Source of the DNA: Patescibacteria group bacterium
GTDB taxonomy: Bacteria > Patescibacteriota > WWE3 > UBA101185 > UBA10185
Length of the DNA stretch: 64,000 nt
Assembly: GCA_032117075.1 (NCBI GenBank)
Contig: JAUMAA010000002.1
Location: 24,005-88,004 of the forward strand
Direction: 5' to 3'
Numbering within the stretch: the stretch's first letter is position 1; every line of letters starts with the position of its first letter. Both the position numbers and the translations under genes were made by a program. Shown here piece by piece: positions 8,628 through 18,644 of the stretch. The notes under the pieces are model-generated. The model was given only the letters and a program-made list of their open reading frames with translations, did not search any database and was not told the origin of the DNA.

Positions 8628-11493
8628 AAGTTTCTTCCTAAACTTTAAGAAAAACTTAAATCAACTTGAAACTAAGATTGAAAAATTTAATTCTAGATTT
8701 TCATTTTTTAATAAATACTTTATCCATATTTTTATTATCTTTTCAATCGTTAGCTACTTACTTTTTAAATTTGTTTTCAATATCGGTATGGGAGGGGACG
8801 ACTCTAGAATATATATTTTTCACCCCAGCTCTTACCTTGAATATGCAGCTACCAATAAAAGGTTTGCACCGCTAGAGGCAGAGAACAACCAACATTTTTA
8901 TATTAATACCATGACGGTTATGTCATTTCTCGAAACAAATTTTGGATTTACTTACAAAGAATTTTATTTTTTAATTTTTTATTTAGGATTTATTTTCTTC
9001 TATCTTGTATTAAGAGAAGTACAAAAAATCTTTAATAAAGAAAATGAAAACAGATTTGTACCTTTTTTCCTAGCAATACTTTATCCAGCAAACCCTTTGA
9101 TGGGAGATCAGGTTTGGAACAACCACTGGGTTTCAATTTTTACTATTCCTGCAACTCCTCTTATTTTTTACATCTTTATCAAAATAATTTATGGTAATTT
9201 AAAAATTAAGGATATTATCTTCTATAACCTTTTAATCACAGCACTTTCAGTTTATTTTGGAGGAGTAATACACCCCATGGTTACTTTTCTTTTAATAGGC
9301 TTATTTTTAGCTACTTTTTTAATATTTAACCTAAGAAAAACTTTTAAAATTATCTTAAATTCCATAATTTTTTTAATTGTTTTCTTACTAACAAATTCGT
9401 ACTGGTTGTATATGCTTGCTAGTAACTTTAAAGGTAATCAATTTTTAGTAGCAGTACAAAGTGCCGCTGAGGGAGATACCAAAAACAATCTTGATTACTA
9501 TGGGAGATACTTTGATTTAACTAAATTTATCTATCTTACAGGTGTTAACGATTCATCATATTATGATATCTCTTTTAAATTAAGTTCATTTTTATTTTTT
9601 GGATTAATTTTGTACTCTCTATACTTAATTTTTTATAAAATAATTAAAAATAGAAATTTTACTTTTTTTAAAACAGTATCTCCATTTCTTGCAGCTTTTA
9701 CTGTTTCTCTATATTTTCAAACCATCTCCCTTACTGCAACTGGTCAAAGATTATTTCTCTTTTTATGTAAAGTATTTTTCTTACTTTATGGCTTAAGAAA
9801 CTATACAACAAAAGTTCCGCCTACTTACTCACTATTTGTATTATTAATAATACTTATTGGTTTCTATAGTATTCAAAAATATAAAAGTATCTCTAAAGCA
9901 TTATTTATCTCAATTCTTTTATTTTTTTCTATCATTTCAATTAGAAATCTAGTTCTTTTAGAGGACTATAAATACAATATCCCAAAAGGAATGGAAAGAT
10001 TAGAATCATTTAGTGAAGATACTTATGAACTAGCTAATTACTTAAAGATTAACGAACAAATTGAAAGAATTACATACTTACCAATGTCAACATCAACTTG
10101 GACAGTTACACAAAACGGTGAAGAAGAGCTTTACATCGGGCTTTCTCCTCTAACTGTCTTTTCTGGGGTTGATGATTTTAATGGATATATGTATACAGAC
10201 TTTATGCAAGGATACTTTAAAGATTATAAGGACCTTATCGTGAAGGATATGAACAATGACGATTTAACAAACTACTTAAAGCATCTTTCTTATATCGGAA
10301 CAGAAGTAATTGTGATAGATAATGATCTAATCGAAAAAGACATTACCAAATACATGGGATATGACAAGTCAATTGATTATGTAAAACTAAATAAAAATAT
10401 TAAAAATAACTTAAAACTGGTATATACAACTAAATCTGGTAAATATTCTGTATATAAACTCCCTTACAATGTTCTGAGCTTCAAAAACAATATCTACAGA
10501 TTATCTCAAGAATCTACAAGTAAAACTTTTTATAGTTTTGACTACACCAAAGATGTATTTACTATTAGGGATTTATCAGAAAAATATGTAAATTTTGATG
10601 TTAAGGAAATAAATATTAATTCTCAAATTAATAATCTTGAAGAAATTTCTTTTGCTAAGTCATCTAATAGTAAAAATATTGAACTTAGTAAAACAGAAAC
10701 AGGACTCTTATTAAACTCAGACCTACAAAAAGTTTTTATGATTGATTTCAAAAATCAAGATTTCATTAGATTTGTCTTAGATGGTAACAAAAAAGATTAT
10801 AGAATAAAGATGGTATACGAAATAGAAAATAAATCATGCTTTAGTAAAATATTTACTAGAGAAGACACTTGTGAAGAAACTACTACACCAGATATTCAAG
10901 AACTTGATAATAAAATCATTATAACTAAAAGATTTAGTAGATATTATCTAGAGGATAAAAAATTACTAATTTACATTAGTAGTCTTAACCCAAACATTAA
11001 ACTAAAAAATATTAATCCTATTTTTTACTCAGGATTGATTAAGGTAAATAATGCCGAGAGAGAAGATTTGGTAGATGTGGTAGTAACAAAAAACCCAAAT
11101 TCTTATAAGTACCAACTTCCTACCAATTATTCTATTAAAAAGATTGATAGAGATCATATTAATGTAAATATCGAGCTAGAAAACGATAAGGACTCGGTAA
11201 TTTTAAATTACAACAAGTTTTATAATGATAAATGGATTGTAACAAGCGAAAATATTAAGAATCAAAAAAAGTTTGCTTCAAACATTTTCTTCAATAGCTG
11301 GATTATCACCCCTAAAGAAGGGCAAAAAGTTCTTAATATTAATTTGAAATTTAAAGAAACTAGCTATGAATCAATACTTAGAGATGTTAACAAATATTCA
11401 ATTATAATAAGTGTAATACTAATAGTAATATTAAATTTATATGAATATAGGAAACTTTTTTACAATATACCTTTTAGGAAACTTCGGGGATAA
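8542..11493 (+). CDS. Large polytopic membrane protein, probable GT-C glycosyltransferase with large extracellular domain
   Basis: About 12 TM segments, acidic GGDD motif after first TM, long soluble C-terminal region and final TM; lies in glycosylation cluster; start uncertain. Confidence 0.6.
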   Translation: MKINLKAMKKYFQKRLSPIYSFLNQTNIKSFFLNFKKNLNQLETKIEKFNSRFSFFNKYFIHIFIIFSIVSYLLFKFVFNIGMGGDDSRIYIFHPSSYLEYAATNKRFAPLEAENNQHFYINTMTVMSFLETNFGFTYKEFYFLIFYLGFIFFYLVLREVQKIFNKENENRFVPFFLAILYPANPLMGDQVWNNHWVSIFTIPATPLIFYIFIKIIYGNLKIKDIIFYNLLITALSVYFGGVIHPMVTFLLIGLFLATFLIFNLRKTFKIILNSIIFLIVFLLTNSYWLYMLASNFKGNQFLVAVQSAAEGDTKNNLDYYGRYFDLTKFIYLTGVNDSSYYDISFKLSSFLFFGLILYSLYLIFYKIIKNRNFTFFKTVSPFLAAFTVSLYFQTISLTATGQRLFLFLCKVFFLLYGLRNYTTKVPPTYSLFVLLIILIGFYSIQKYKSISKALFISILLFFSIISIRNLVLLEDYKYNIPKGMERLESFSEDTYELANYLKINEQIERITYLPMSTSTWTVTQNGEEELYIGLSPLTVFSGVDDFNGYMYTDFMQGYFKDYKDLIVKDMNNDDLTNYLKHLSYIGTEVIVIDNDLIEKDITKYMGYDKSIDYVKLNKNIKNNLKLVYTTKSGKYSVYKLPYNVLSFKNNIYRLSQESTSKTFYSFDYTKDVFTIRDLSEKYVNFDVKEININSQINNLEEISFAKSSNSKNIELSKTETGLLLNSDLQKVFMIDFKNQDFIRFVLDGNKKDYRIKMVYEIENKSCFSKIFTREDTCEETTTPDIQELDNKIIITKRFSRYYLEDKKLLIYISSLNPNIKLKNINPIFYSGLIKVNNAEREDLVDVVVTKNPNSYKYQLPTNYSIKKIDRDHINVNIELENDKDSVILNYNKFYNDKWIVTSENIKNQKKFASNIFFNSWIITPKEGQKVLNINLKFKETSYESILRDVNKYSIIISVILIVILNLYEYRKLFYNIPFRKLRG

Positions 11494-12922
11494 CTCTTGG
11501 CTTCTTTGGGAAGGTTTAAAGAATAAATACGGGCTCTACTCAAACCAAGATTTAGGTTTATATGGTTACGTAAGTAATTCATTAATTACAGAACCCTTTA
11601 TTTACCTACCTTTTTTATATCTTTCTTATTTTATTAATCCAATATTTTTGTGGAATCTCTTTGTAATTTTATTCATCTTTCTTTCTTTCTATTTTTCATA
11701 TTTATTTTTTAAAAAAACTAATTCAAGATTTGACTCAACCTTACTTTCATTGATTTGGATTTCAAACTCTTACTTCTCATTTCATTCAAGGGAACATTTA
11801 AGCTTACTTGCAGGATTTTTGTTTCCAATATATTTATTAATAAATAGTGAAAATTCAAAAAAATATCTCTATTTAAAATATCTGTTTTTAATAGTCTCTC
11901 TTGGAATTTCAAATTACATTGGTGTATTTTTGATTTTTATAAATTCTGTATATTCAATATTTCTTTATATTAAAAATAAAGATAAGCACTTTTTATTTAA
12001 TTTAATAATAAGTATGGTTTTATGTATCGGACTTTCGATTTCCTTAAAATTATATTTTTCTGATATTCAGAGAAATATTGATAACTTTAAGATTTTTTCA
12101 TTTAAACCATGGCATTTTTTCATGCAACCTGAAAGAGCTTTTTTTAATGTTTACGATCTTAATAAATATTTATCAAATAGTAATAATATCCTTTTTACTT
12201 ACTTTGAAGCAGAACACTCTACTTCTTTCTTTGGATTTACTATTCTAATTTTATTTTTCATAGTTATTTTTAAAAAACTTAAATTTAATTTTGATTATCT
12301 ATTCTTGTTAATTACTACACTGATTATCACCTTACCTCCAGTAGTCACAATTAAAAGTATAGATATTTACACCCCTTCATATTTATTTTTCCTTTTATTT
12401 GATCAGTTTAGAGTTACATCAAGATTTAATATTTTTTCATTTTTATTAATCCTAATATTAATATCATATTACTTCAAAATTTTAAAAAATAATTTTAAAA
12501 ATAATCTTATAAAAATACTTATCTCCTTAACTATCTTTGTAGAGATTTTTGTGCCTTATAAAATAAGTTACTTAGAAACAAATCAAGAAATATATAAGTA
12601 TATCAGGGAAAAAACTCCAAGTAATTCTCAAATTATTATCTACCCATATAACTATAGTAATCTTGTTTTTAAAGATATGATTTATTTTCAAAGAAAAGTT
12701 ATAAATCCATATGGATACGAATCTAAAGAAAATAACTTTTCAGCCAAGAATTTTACTCAGAACATCTCTTGCAATGAAATTGTCAAAAACAAAATAAATC
12801 TAAATAATTTATTCCTCCTTAAATTTGAAGATACCGCATCTTTAGATTCACTAAATAATAATTATGAAAAAATAATTGAAGAAAAGGAAGTTTCTTTTTA
12901 TAAAATAATTTGCGATGAGTAA
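11441..12922 (+). CDS. Polytopic membrane protein, YfhO/GT-C-like
   Basis: Many TMs, GD motif near N-terminus, FRVTSRF loop motif. Confidence 0.55.
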   Translation: MNIGNFFTIYLLGNFGDNSWLLWEGLKNKYGLYSNQDLGLYGYVSNSLITEPFIYLPFLYLSYFINPIFLWNLFVILFIFLSFYFSYLFFKKTNSRFDSTLLSLIWISNSYFSFHSREHLSLLAGFLFPIYLLINSENSKKYLYLKYLFLIVSLGISNYIGVFLIFINSVYSIFLYIKNKDKHFLFNLIISMVLCIGLSISLKLYFSDIQRNIDNFKIFSFKPWHFFMQPERAFFNVYDLNKYLSNSNNILFTYFEAEHSTSFFGFTILILFFIVIFKKLKFNFDYLFLLITTLIITLPPVVTIKSIDIYTPSYLFFLLFDQFRVTSRFNIFSFLLILILISYYFKILKNNFKNNLIKILISLTIFVEIFVPYKISYLETNQEIYKYIREKTPSNSQIIIYPYNYSNLVFKDMIYFQRKVINPYGYESKENNFSAKNFTQNISCNEIVKNKINLNNLFLLKFEDTASLDSLNNNYEKIIEEKEVSFYKIICDE

Positions 12923-13943
12923 AAAAATATTTTTGGCATATGACTACTACGAATTAAAAGATGGTACCAAACAATACGGAGTTTCAGATATCTTAATCGA
13001 ATATCTTGTAAAACAGAATACTCCTTACTATGTACATTCAATTCCAATAAGTACTAACCTAATTAACCTAGTAAGAAAATTTTCCAAATTAAAAAAAGAA
13101 ATTGAAAATTTTGATCTGGATATATTTATTGGCTATAACTTCATCAATGCATTTTATGCGATACTTATTAGAACCTTATTAAGAAGAGAGTATAAGGTAA
13201 TTTTTGTAGCAGTTGATTTCACTAAAGAAAGATTTAAAAATTTTCTACTTAATCAAATCTATATTTTTATGGATTATTTTGTATCAAAAGTATCAGATGA
13301 AACATGGAACTGCTCTTCAAAAGTATTTGAGAACAGGTCACATTTTTTGAAATCAAGCAAAAATTTCTACCTACCAAATATCCCTAATTATCAAAAAGAA
13401 GGTTTGCTAAAGTTTAAAGATTTTACAATTGTTATGATTTCTTTTCTTAATGAGAATTATTTATTTGAAGATGTATACCAACTTTTTGAATATATTAAAA
13501 ATAAAAATATTAATTTATTAATTATTGGAGATGGAAACAGAAAAGTAGAAATTCAACAGAAAATTAATCAAGAATTACTTCAAGATAAAGTCAAATTAAC
13601 AGGTTACCTCCCACACTCAGATATAAGAAAAATTTTGGAACAGAGTCACTTGGGTTTAGCACTTTACGGAGGAAAGGAATCTTATAACTTCTGGGGGGAT
13701 TCGATGAAGATTAGAGAATATACATATTATGAATTACCAGTTATAACAACTAAAAATGTTAACAATTACAAAGAAGTTATAAAAGAAAATCTAGGATCTT
13801 GTTTAGAAGATTATAATTCTTTACCAGAAGCTGTTGATAAATACTTTAGTAATAAAAAAATCTATCAAGAAACTGTTAAAAGTTGTCAAAAATATAATTA
13901 TAAATATAAGATTGATAATATGTTTAAAGAAAGATTGGGCTAG
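12915..13943 (+). CDS. Glycosyltransferase family 4 (GT-B)
   Basis: LLIIGDG, VKLTGYLPH, K.REY...LPVITT. Confidence 0.85.
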   Translation: MSKKIFLAYDYYELKDGTKQYGVSDILIEYLVKQNTPYYVHSIPISTNLINLVRKFSKLKKEIENFDLDIFIGYNFINAFYAILIRTLLRREYKVIFVAVDFTKERFKNFLLNQIYIFMDYFVSKVSDETWNCSSKVFENRSHFLKSSKNFYLPNIPNYQKEGLLKFKDFTIVMISFLNENYLFEDVYQLFEYIKNKNINLLIIGDGNRKVEIQQKINQELLQDKVKLTGYLPHSDIRKILEQSHLGLALYGGKESYNFWGDSMKIREYTYYELPVITTKNVNNYKEVIKENLGSCLEDYNSLPEAVDKYFSNKKIYQETVKSCQKYNYKYKIDNMFKERLG

Positions 13944-14809
13944 TTTTTAAATTCTGTATTTACTAAAAGAGCATCCATCCAAGAAATCTCTCCTTCGGAC
14001 TTACCAGAAGCATTTCTATAAGATACGATTTGAAAGTCGTAACCTTCGCCTTTTAGATATGAAAATAAAGATGAAATTGTATAGTTAGGATTTTTTTCAA
14101 TTGTAATTTCAATACAAATGTATTTTGTCTTAGCTAAAGATTTTTTAGCCCCTTTTAAAACAAAACTTTCAAAAGTTTCTGTGTCTATTTTTAAAATATC
14201 GATATTTGAAATCCTTTTTAATTCTATAAAATCATCCAATGATGAAACTTCAACCTCAGTACCTTTTGAAGAAAACCTACTTAATCCGGAGCTATCTTCA
14301 TCAAAACTCATTTTTTGTTTTCCTGTTTTTTCTCCAATTGCCATATTGAATATATTTATATTTTTTAAATTTGAAACATTTTGTTCTAAGATTGAAAAAG
14401 TTTGAGGAATAGGCTCGAAGGAATATATTTTAGATTTAGGATAAAGCATATTGGATAGAATAGAAAAATTTCCAATATTAGCCCCAATATCTAAAACTAT
14501 TTTAATATCTTTATTTTTTATTTTAATAAAAGAAAGAAGGTATTTATGTCTTGTGATAATTCCTTGGAGACTTCCTAAACCAAAGTGAGAGTCATAAAAA
14601 TATTCTTTACCAAAAAGTTTGATTTTAGAAGTTCCAAACTTAAATTTGGTAAAAAAATGTTTAAAAATTAGAAAATATTTCTTAAGTAAAAACTCTGACT
14701 TATGTAAAGAAGATAATAAGTTATCAGAAATTAAAAAATAATCTAAGTAAATTGAATCAAAAAAGAAACCGTAATACAACTTTAATAGGTCTAAAGGTCT
14801 GAATTTCAT
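13940..14809 (-). CDS. FkbM family methyltransferase
   Basis: LDIGANIG, YSFEP, ILKIDTE; start moved to ATG 14809. Confidence 0.9.
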   Translation of the reverse strand: MKFRPLDLLKLYYGFFFDSIYLDYFLISDNLLSSLHKSEFLLKKYFLIFKHFFTKFKFGTSKIKLFGKEYFYDSHFGLGSLQGIITRHKYLLSFIKIKNKDIKIVLDIGANIGNFSILSNMLYPKSKIYSFEPIPQTFSILEQNVSNLKNINIFNMAIGEKTGKQKMSFDEDSSGLSRFSSKGTEVEVSSLDDFIELKRISNIDILKIDTETFESFVLKGAKKSLAKTKYICIEITIEKNPNYTISSLFSYLKGEGYDFQIVSYRNASGKSEGEISWMDALLVNTEFKN

Positions 14810-14866
14810 AACTTGAATAATAACATAAAAATAGTTGCCCAATGAAAAAAATGGTATATTTTAAGT

Positions 14867-15283
14867 ATGGACAAGTATGTAATTAACATAGAGAAAGAAA
14901 CATTAGATAATAATTTTTTTAGAAAAGTACTTGTTACTACATCCAACCAACAATTAGTCTTAATGTCTTTAGAACCGAAGGAAGATATAGGGCAAGAGGT
15001 TCATTCATTAGATCAATTTATTAAAATAGAGTCTGGAAATGGAATTGCAATTCTTAATGGAGAAGAATTTGAGTTTGAATCAGGTTTCTCTATTAATATA
15101 CCTAAGGGTACTACTCATAATATTATAAATACCTCAGAAACAGATAAAATAAAGCTTTATACCATATACTCACCTCCTGAACACAAAGCAGATACCGTAC
15201 ATCCAACTAAAAAGGATGCTTTATTAGATGAGTACGATATCCCAGATACACTATCTTCTTCAAGGGAAGATTTAAATTTTTGA
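14867..15283 (+). CDS. Cupin domain protein
   Basis: QLVLMSL, IGQEVH, IPKGTTHNIIN, KLYTIYSPPEH. Confidence 0.9.
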   Translation: MDKYVINIEKETLDNNFFRKVLVTTSNQQLVLMSLEPKEDIGQEVHSLDQFIKIESGNGIAILNGEEFEFESGFSINIPKGTTHNIINTSETDKIKLYTIYSPPEHKADTVHPTKKDALLDEYDIPDTLSSSREDLNF

Positions 15284-15308
15284 TTATTAAAGTAGTATAA
15301 TTCAAATT

Positions 15309-15830
15309 ATGACTGATTATCTAAACTTGTACCTAAACCAAGTTATTTTAAGCTTTTTACTAACCTTAAATACAATTAATCAAAATACACTCAATGCTTC
15401 AGATATTAGATTTATCGAGGATGGAACAGTTACAAGGGTTGTAGATGGAGACACAATAGAGGTTTTTGATAATAATAAAGTAAACAAAATTAGACTAATT
15501 GGAGTAAATACCCCAGAAACACTAGATCCTAGAAAAGAAGTAGAGTGTTTCGGATTGGAGTCATCTATGTTTTTGAAAAAAGAATTAGAAGGAAAAATTA
15601 TCACACTTGAATCAGATAAGTCACAAGGAGATAAGGATACATACGGAAGAGATTTAAGGTATGTTTTTCTAAACGGAAATAATATCAATAAAAAAATCGT
15701 TGAGGAAGGTTACGGATTTGAATTTACATATAAAAAACCATACCTCTATCAAGAAGAGTTTAAAAAAGCTGAACAATTAGCAAAAGATAATGGAAAGGGG
15801 CTTTGGGACAAAGATGCATGCAATTATTAA
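15309..15830 (+). CDS. Thermonuclease (SNase) family protein
   Basis: RVVDGDT, IRLIGVNTPE, DTYGR.LRYV, GKGLW. Confidence 0.93.
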   Translation: MTDYLNLYLNQVILSFLLTLNTINQNTLNASDIRFIEDGTVTRVVDGDTIEVFDNNKVNKIRLIGVNTPETLDPRKEVECFGLESSMFLKKELEGKIITLESDKSQGDKDTYGRDLRYVFLNGNNINKKIVEEGYGFEFTYKKPYLYQEEFKKAEQLAKDNGKGLWDKDACNY

Positions 15831-16530
15831 AAAATATTTAAGCAGACTATACAAAGAGACTGAAGATTTTAAAGATGAAAATACTATTTTAGCTGTTAAA
15901 GATCACGGTCCTTTTGAAACTCTTTTAGATGTTGGTTGTTGGAAGGGCGATAAAACAATTCTTTACTCAAAAGCAGGAGATGTTAAAAGTATTTTAGGAA
16001 TAGAGCCTATTAAATCAGCTGCAAAATCTGCAAACGAAAAGGGTGTCAAAACCTATCATGTTTTTGCAGATTCAGAAAAGTGGCCTATTGATGATGAAAG
16101 TGTTGATGTAGTAGTCAGTTCTGAAGTAATAGAGCATTTAGTGAATGTAGATTTCTATTTTCAAGAAGCACACAGAGTTCTTAAAAAGGGAGGGATTATG
16201 ATTAACACTACCAATAACTTGGCAAGTTTTCATAATATATTTTCCCTCTTATTAGGATTTGCTCCATTTGATTTAACAAATTCTTCTAGAAAAGTATGGT
16301 CAATTGGAAACCCATTCTCACTACATAACAAGCAACCTCTTTCTGAAAGAGGAGAAACTTGGTTACATAAATGTGTCTATACCCCAAAATGGCTATCTCA
16401 ATGGCAAGAACTTCATGGATTTAAAACTATAAAAATATATGGAGCAGGATTCTACCCATTTCATAAAAAACTTGGGAGTTTATTTATAAATCACTGTGCT
16501 TTTTTTACTTTAGTAGGTAAGAAAAAATAA
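15790..16530 (+). CDS. Class I SAM-dependent methyltransferase
   Basis: LLDVGC, SEVIEHL, RVLKKGG; true start may be slightly downstream. Confidence 0.87.
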   Translation: MERGFGTKMHAIIKKYLSRLYKETEDFKDENTILAVKDHGPFETLLDVGCWKGDKTILYSKAGDVKSILGIEPIKSAAKSANEKGVKTYHVFADSEKWPIDDESVDVVVSSEVIEHLVNVDFYFQEAHRVLKKGGIMINTTNNLASFHNIFSLLLGFAPFDLTNSSRKVWSIGNPFSLHNKQPLSERGETWLHKCVYTPKWLSQWQELHGFKTIKIYGAGFYPFHKKLGSLFINHCAFFTLVGKKK

Positions 16531-17010
16531 TTATTTCTTTTTAAATTTAGATAAGTAATCAATTGCGACACCTCCGGCAACAGTAACATTTAAAGAGTGG
16601 TAAAACCCATCCTTTGCTTTAATCTCTAAAACATGTTTTGAAGCATCTAAAATATTTTGAGAAACACCCAAAACTTCGTTCCCCAACACATACACCTGAG
16701 TATTTAAATTTGGTCTAAATTTATGAAGGTTTTCACTTCTCTTATCCTGCTCAATAGAAACTATCTCAATACCGTTATCGTGACAGTATTTTATAAATTC
16801 ATCCCTGCCTTCAAAATACTTGAAGTTTAATAAATCAATCCCACTCATAGAGGTTTTTCTAATTTTGGGATGGATTTCAAAGCTATCATCTTTTTTTACA
16901 ATTCCAGTATAACCAATCAGGATAATATTTCTAACACCATAAAAAGCACAGGTTCTCAAAATAGATCCAACATTATATAAACTTCGAATATTATCAAGTG
17001 CAACAATCAT
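16531..17010 (-). CDS. TrmH/SpoU family RNA methyltransferase
   Basis: LDNIRSLYNVGSILRT, VLGNEVLG, SLNV. Confidence 0.9.
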   Translation of the reverse strand: MIVALDNIRSLYNVGSILRTCAFYGVRNIILIGYTGIVKKDDSFEIHPKIRKTSMSGIDLLNFKYFEGRDEFIKYCHDNGIEIVSIEQDKRSENLHKFRPNLNTQVYVLGNEVLGVSQNILDASKHVLEIKAKDGFYHSLNVTVAGGVAIDYLSKFKKK

Positions 17011-17027
17011 GTTGTTATAATACCAAT

Positions 17028-17768
17028 ATGATTAAACCAATTAAAGACCTAGGTCAAAATTTCCTAAGAAACCAGAGAGTAATTGAAGATTTTGTTAGAG
17101 AAATTGAAATTCAAGAAAATGACACAGTATTTGAAATAGGTCCTGGGGAGGGAGTTATTACTAATGAAATTCTTAAAAAAAATCTAAATTTCAAACTGAT
17201 TTCTATTGATATTGATGAAAGAAGTATTGAAGAGTTAATCAAAATCTCTGATCCAAGATTTAAAATTTTACATAAAGATATTTTAAAATTTATTCCTGAA
17301 ATCATTGAGAAGGATTATAAAATTGTCGGAGCTATTCCATATAATATTACTTCTCCAATTATTCATCGAATTATTGAAAAGGAAATCCTACCAACAAAAG
17401 TTGTTTTAATTGTTCAAGACGAAGTTGCTAAAAAAATTATTAACGAAGAAAGGAATTCTTATTTTAGTTTTTATGTTGGATACTTTTATGAAATGAGATA
17501 CATTTCAAAAATCTCAAGAAATGATTTTTACCCATCCCCTAAAGTCGATAGCGGTATGGTTGTTTTTAAACTAAAAGAAAATTTAAAAAGTATAGACAAA
17601 ATTAAATTCAGCAATTTTCTGCATAAAGTTTTTCGAAGTCCAAGGAAGAAGATCAACAAAGTTTTTAATAAAGATTTGTTAGAAAAATTGAAAATTTCTC
17701 CAGATGTCAGACCAGAAGATTTAAATTTAGAGGAAGTTGTAGAGCTTTATAATTCTGAAAATAAATAG
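17028..17768 (+). CDS. rsmA: 16S rRNA dimethyladenosine transferase
   Basis: LGQNFL, EIGPGEG, IPYNITSPI, FYPSPKVDS; start moved to ATG 17028. Confidence 0.93.
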   Translation: MIKPIKDLGQNFLRNQRVIEDFVREIEIQENDTVFEIGPGEGVITNEILKKNLNFKLISIDIDERSIEELIKISDPRFKILHKDILKFIPEIIEKDYKIVGAIPYNITSPIIHRIIEKEILPTKVVLIVQDEVAKKIINEERNSYFSFYVGYFYEMRYISKISRNDFYPSPKVDSGMVVFKLKENLKSIDKIKFSNFLHKVFRSPRKKINKVFNKDLLEKLKISPDVRPEDLNLEEVVELYNSENK

Positions 17769-17769
17769 A

Positions 17770-17832
17770 AACGGTTGCTTCGGAACCCGGAGGTTCCGAA
17801 GCTTCCTCTCATCACGACTCTCTTATGAGTCG
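17770..17832 (-). ncRNA. Candidate small structured RNA (two hairpins) with own promoter
   Basis: Minus-strand TG-A-TATAAT at 17846-17838; hairpins CGACTC/GAGTCG (17815-17832) and GCTTCGGAACC/GGTTCCGAAGC (17777-17802); may instead be the rsmA terminator. Confidence 0.4.
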
Positions 17833-17905
17833 CTACAATTATATCATTAATAAAAAGTGAAGAAAAATAACTTGATTTATAACACAAAAAAGTGATAATT
17901 GAGGT

Positions 17906-18643
17906 ATGAATGAAAATATTAACAAAAATTACCAATACTCAATTATTACTATTTTAGTTCTCTTCTTAGGTCTCTCGACTTATGCTATTTATAGTTACTT
18001 AAGTAACTCAGTCTCAGCAAATCAAATAACAGTCTCAGGAACCTTTGCAAAAGATATAAATAACCAAATTGCTAATTTTACACTAAATACAAATGGGGAA
18101 AGTGCAAGTAAAGAGGAAGCTGAAAAAATAAATTCTGATAAAGTTTCAAAAATAAGAGAAATACTATTACAGTTCGGAATTGATGAGAAAGATATTACTA
18201 CACAGAATTACTCTTCTTATAGAAAAATAGAATATTACAATGAAAATGGTATTCAAAAATCCAGAGAAACAAATTGGATTTTTAACCAATCGACAGCTGT
18301 AAAAATTAGAAATATAGAAACTGTAAATGAATTAGTTAGATCTCTTAATACAACAGAGGGAGAGATAGTGGGACCTAACTACACACTAGATATGGTAGAT
18401 GTAGACGATAAAGAAGTTTACACCAAAGCATTTGAAAAGGCTAAAGAAAAAGCTGAAAATTTAGCAAATTCATCGGGTAGAAAACTTGGGAGAGTTATAA
18501 CAATAATGGAGACAGGTTCTGGAATTGATAACTACCCAGTTCCTGTAATGTTAAGACAAGGTGGAGGAGGTGGAGGACCAGATCTATCATCAGGTACATC
18601 CAAAGTTCAGAAAACATTAATGGTAGTATTTGAACTAAAATAA
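17906..18643 (+). CDS. SIMPL (DUF541) domain protein
   Basis: N-terminal TM, ITVSG, AKEKAENLA..SG.KLGRV. Confidence 0.85.
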   Translation: MNENINKNYQYSIITILVLFLGLSTYAIYSYLSNSVSANQITVSGTFAKDINNQIANFTLNTNGESASKEEAEKINSDKVSKIREILLQFGIDEKDITTQNYSSYRKIEYYNENGIQKSRETNWIFNQSTAVKIRNIETVNELVRSLNTTEGEIVGPNYTLDMVDVDDKEVYTKAFEKAKEKAENLANSSGRKLGRVITIMETGSGIDNYPVPVMLRQGGGGGGPDLSSGTSKVQKTLMVVFELK

Positions 18644-18644
18644 G

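Noticed and set aside
17770-17846. SRP RNA, hammerhead ribozyme or known riboswitch
   Set aside because: Lacks the SRP CAGG..GGAA..AGCA internal loop and the hammerhead CUGAnGA/GAAA core; the 62-aa ORF across it looks spurious.
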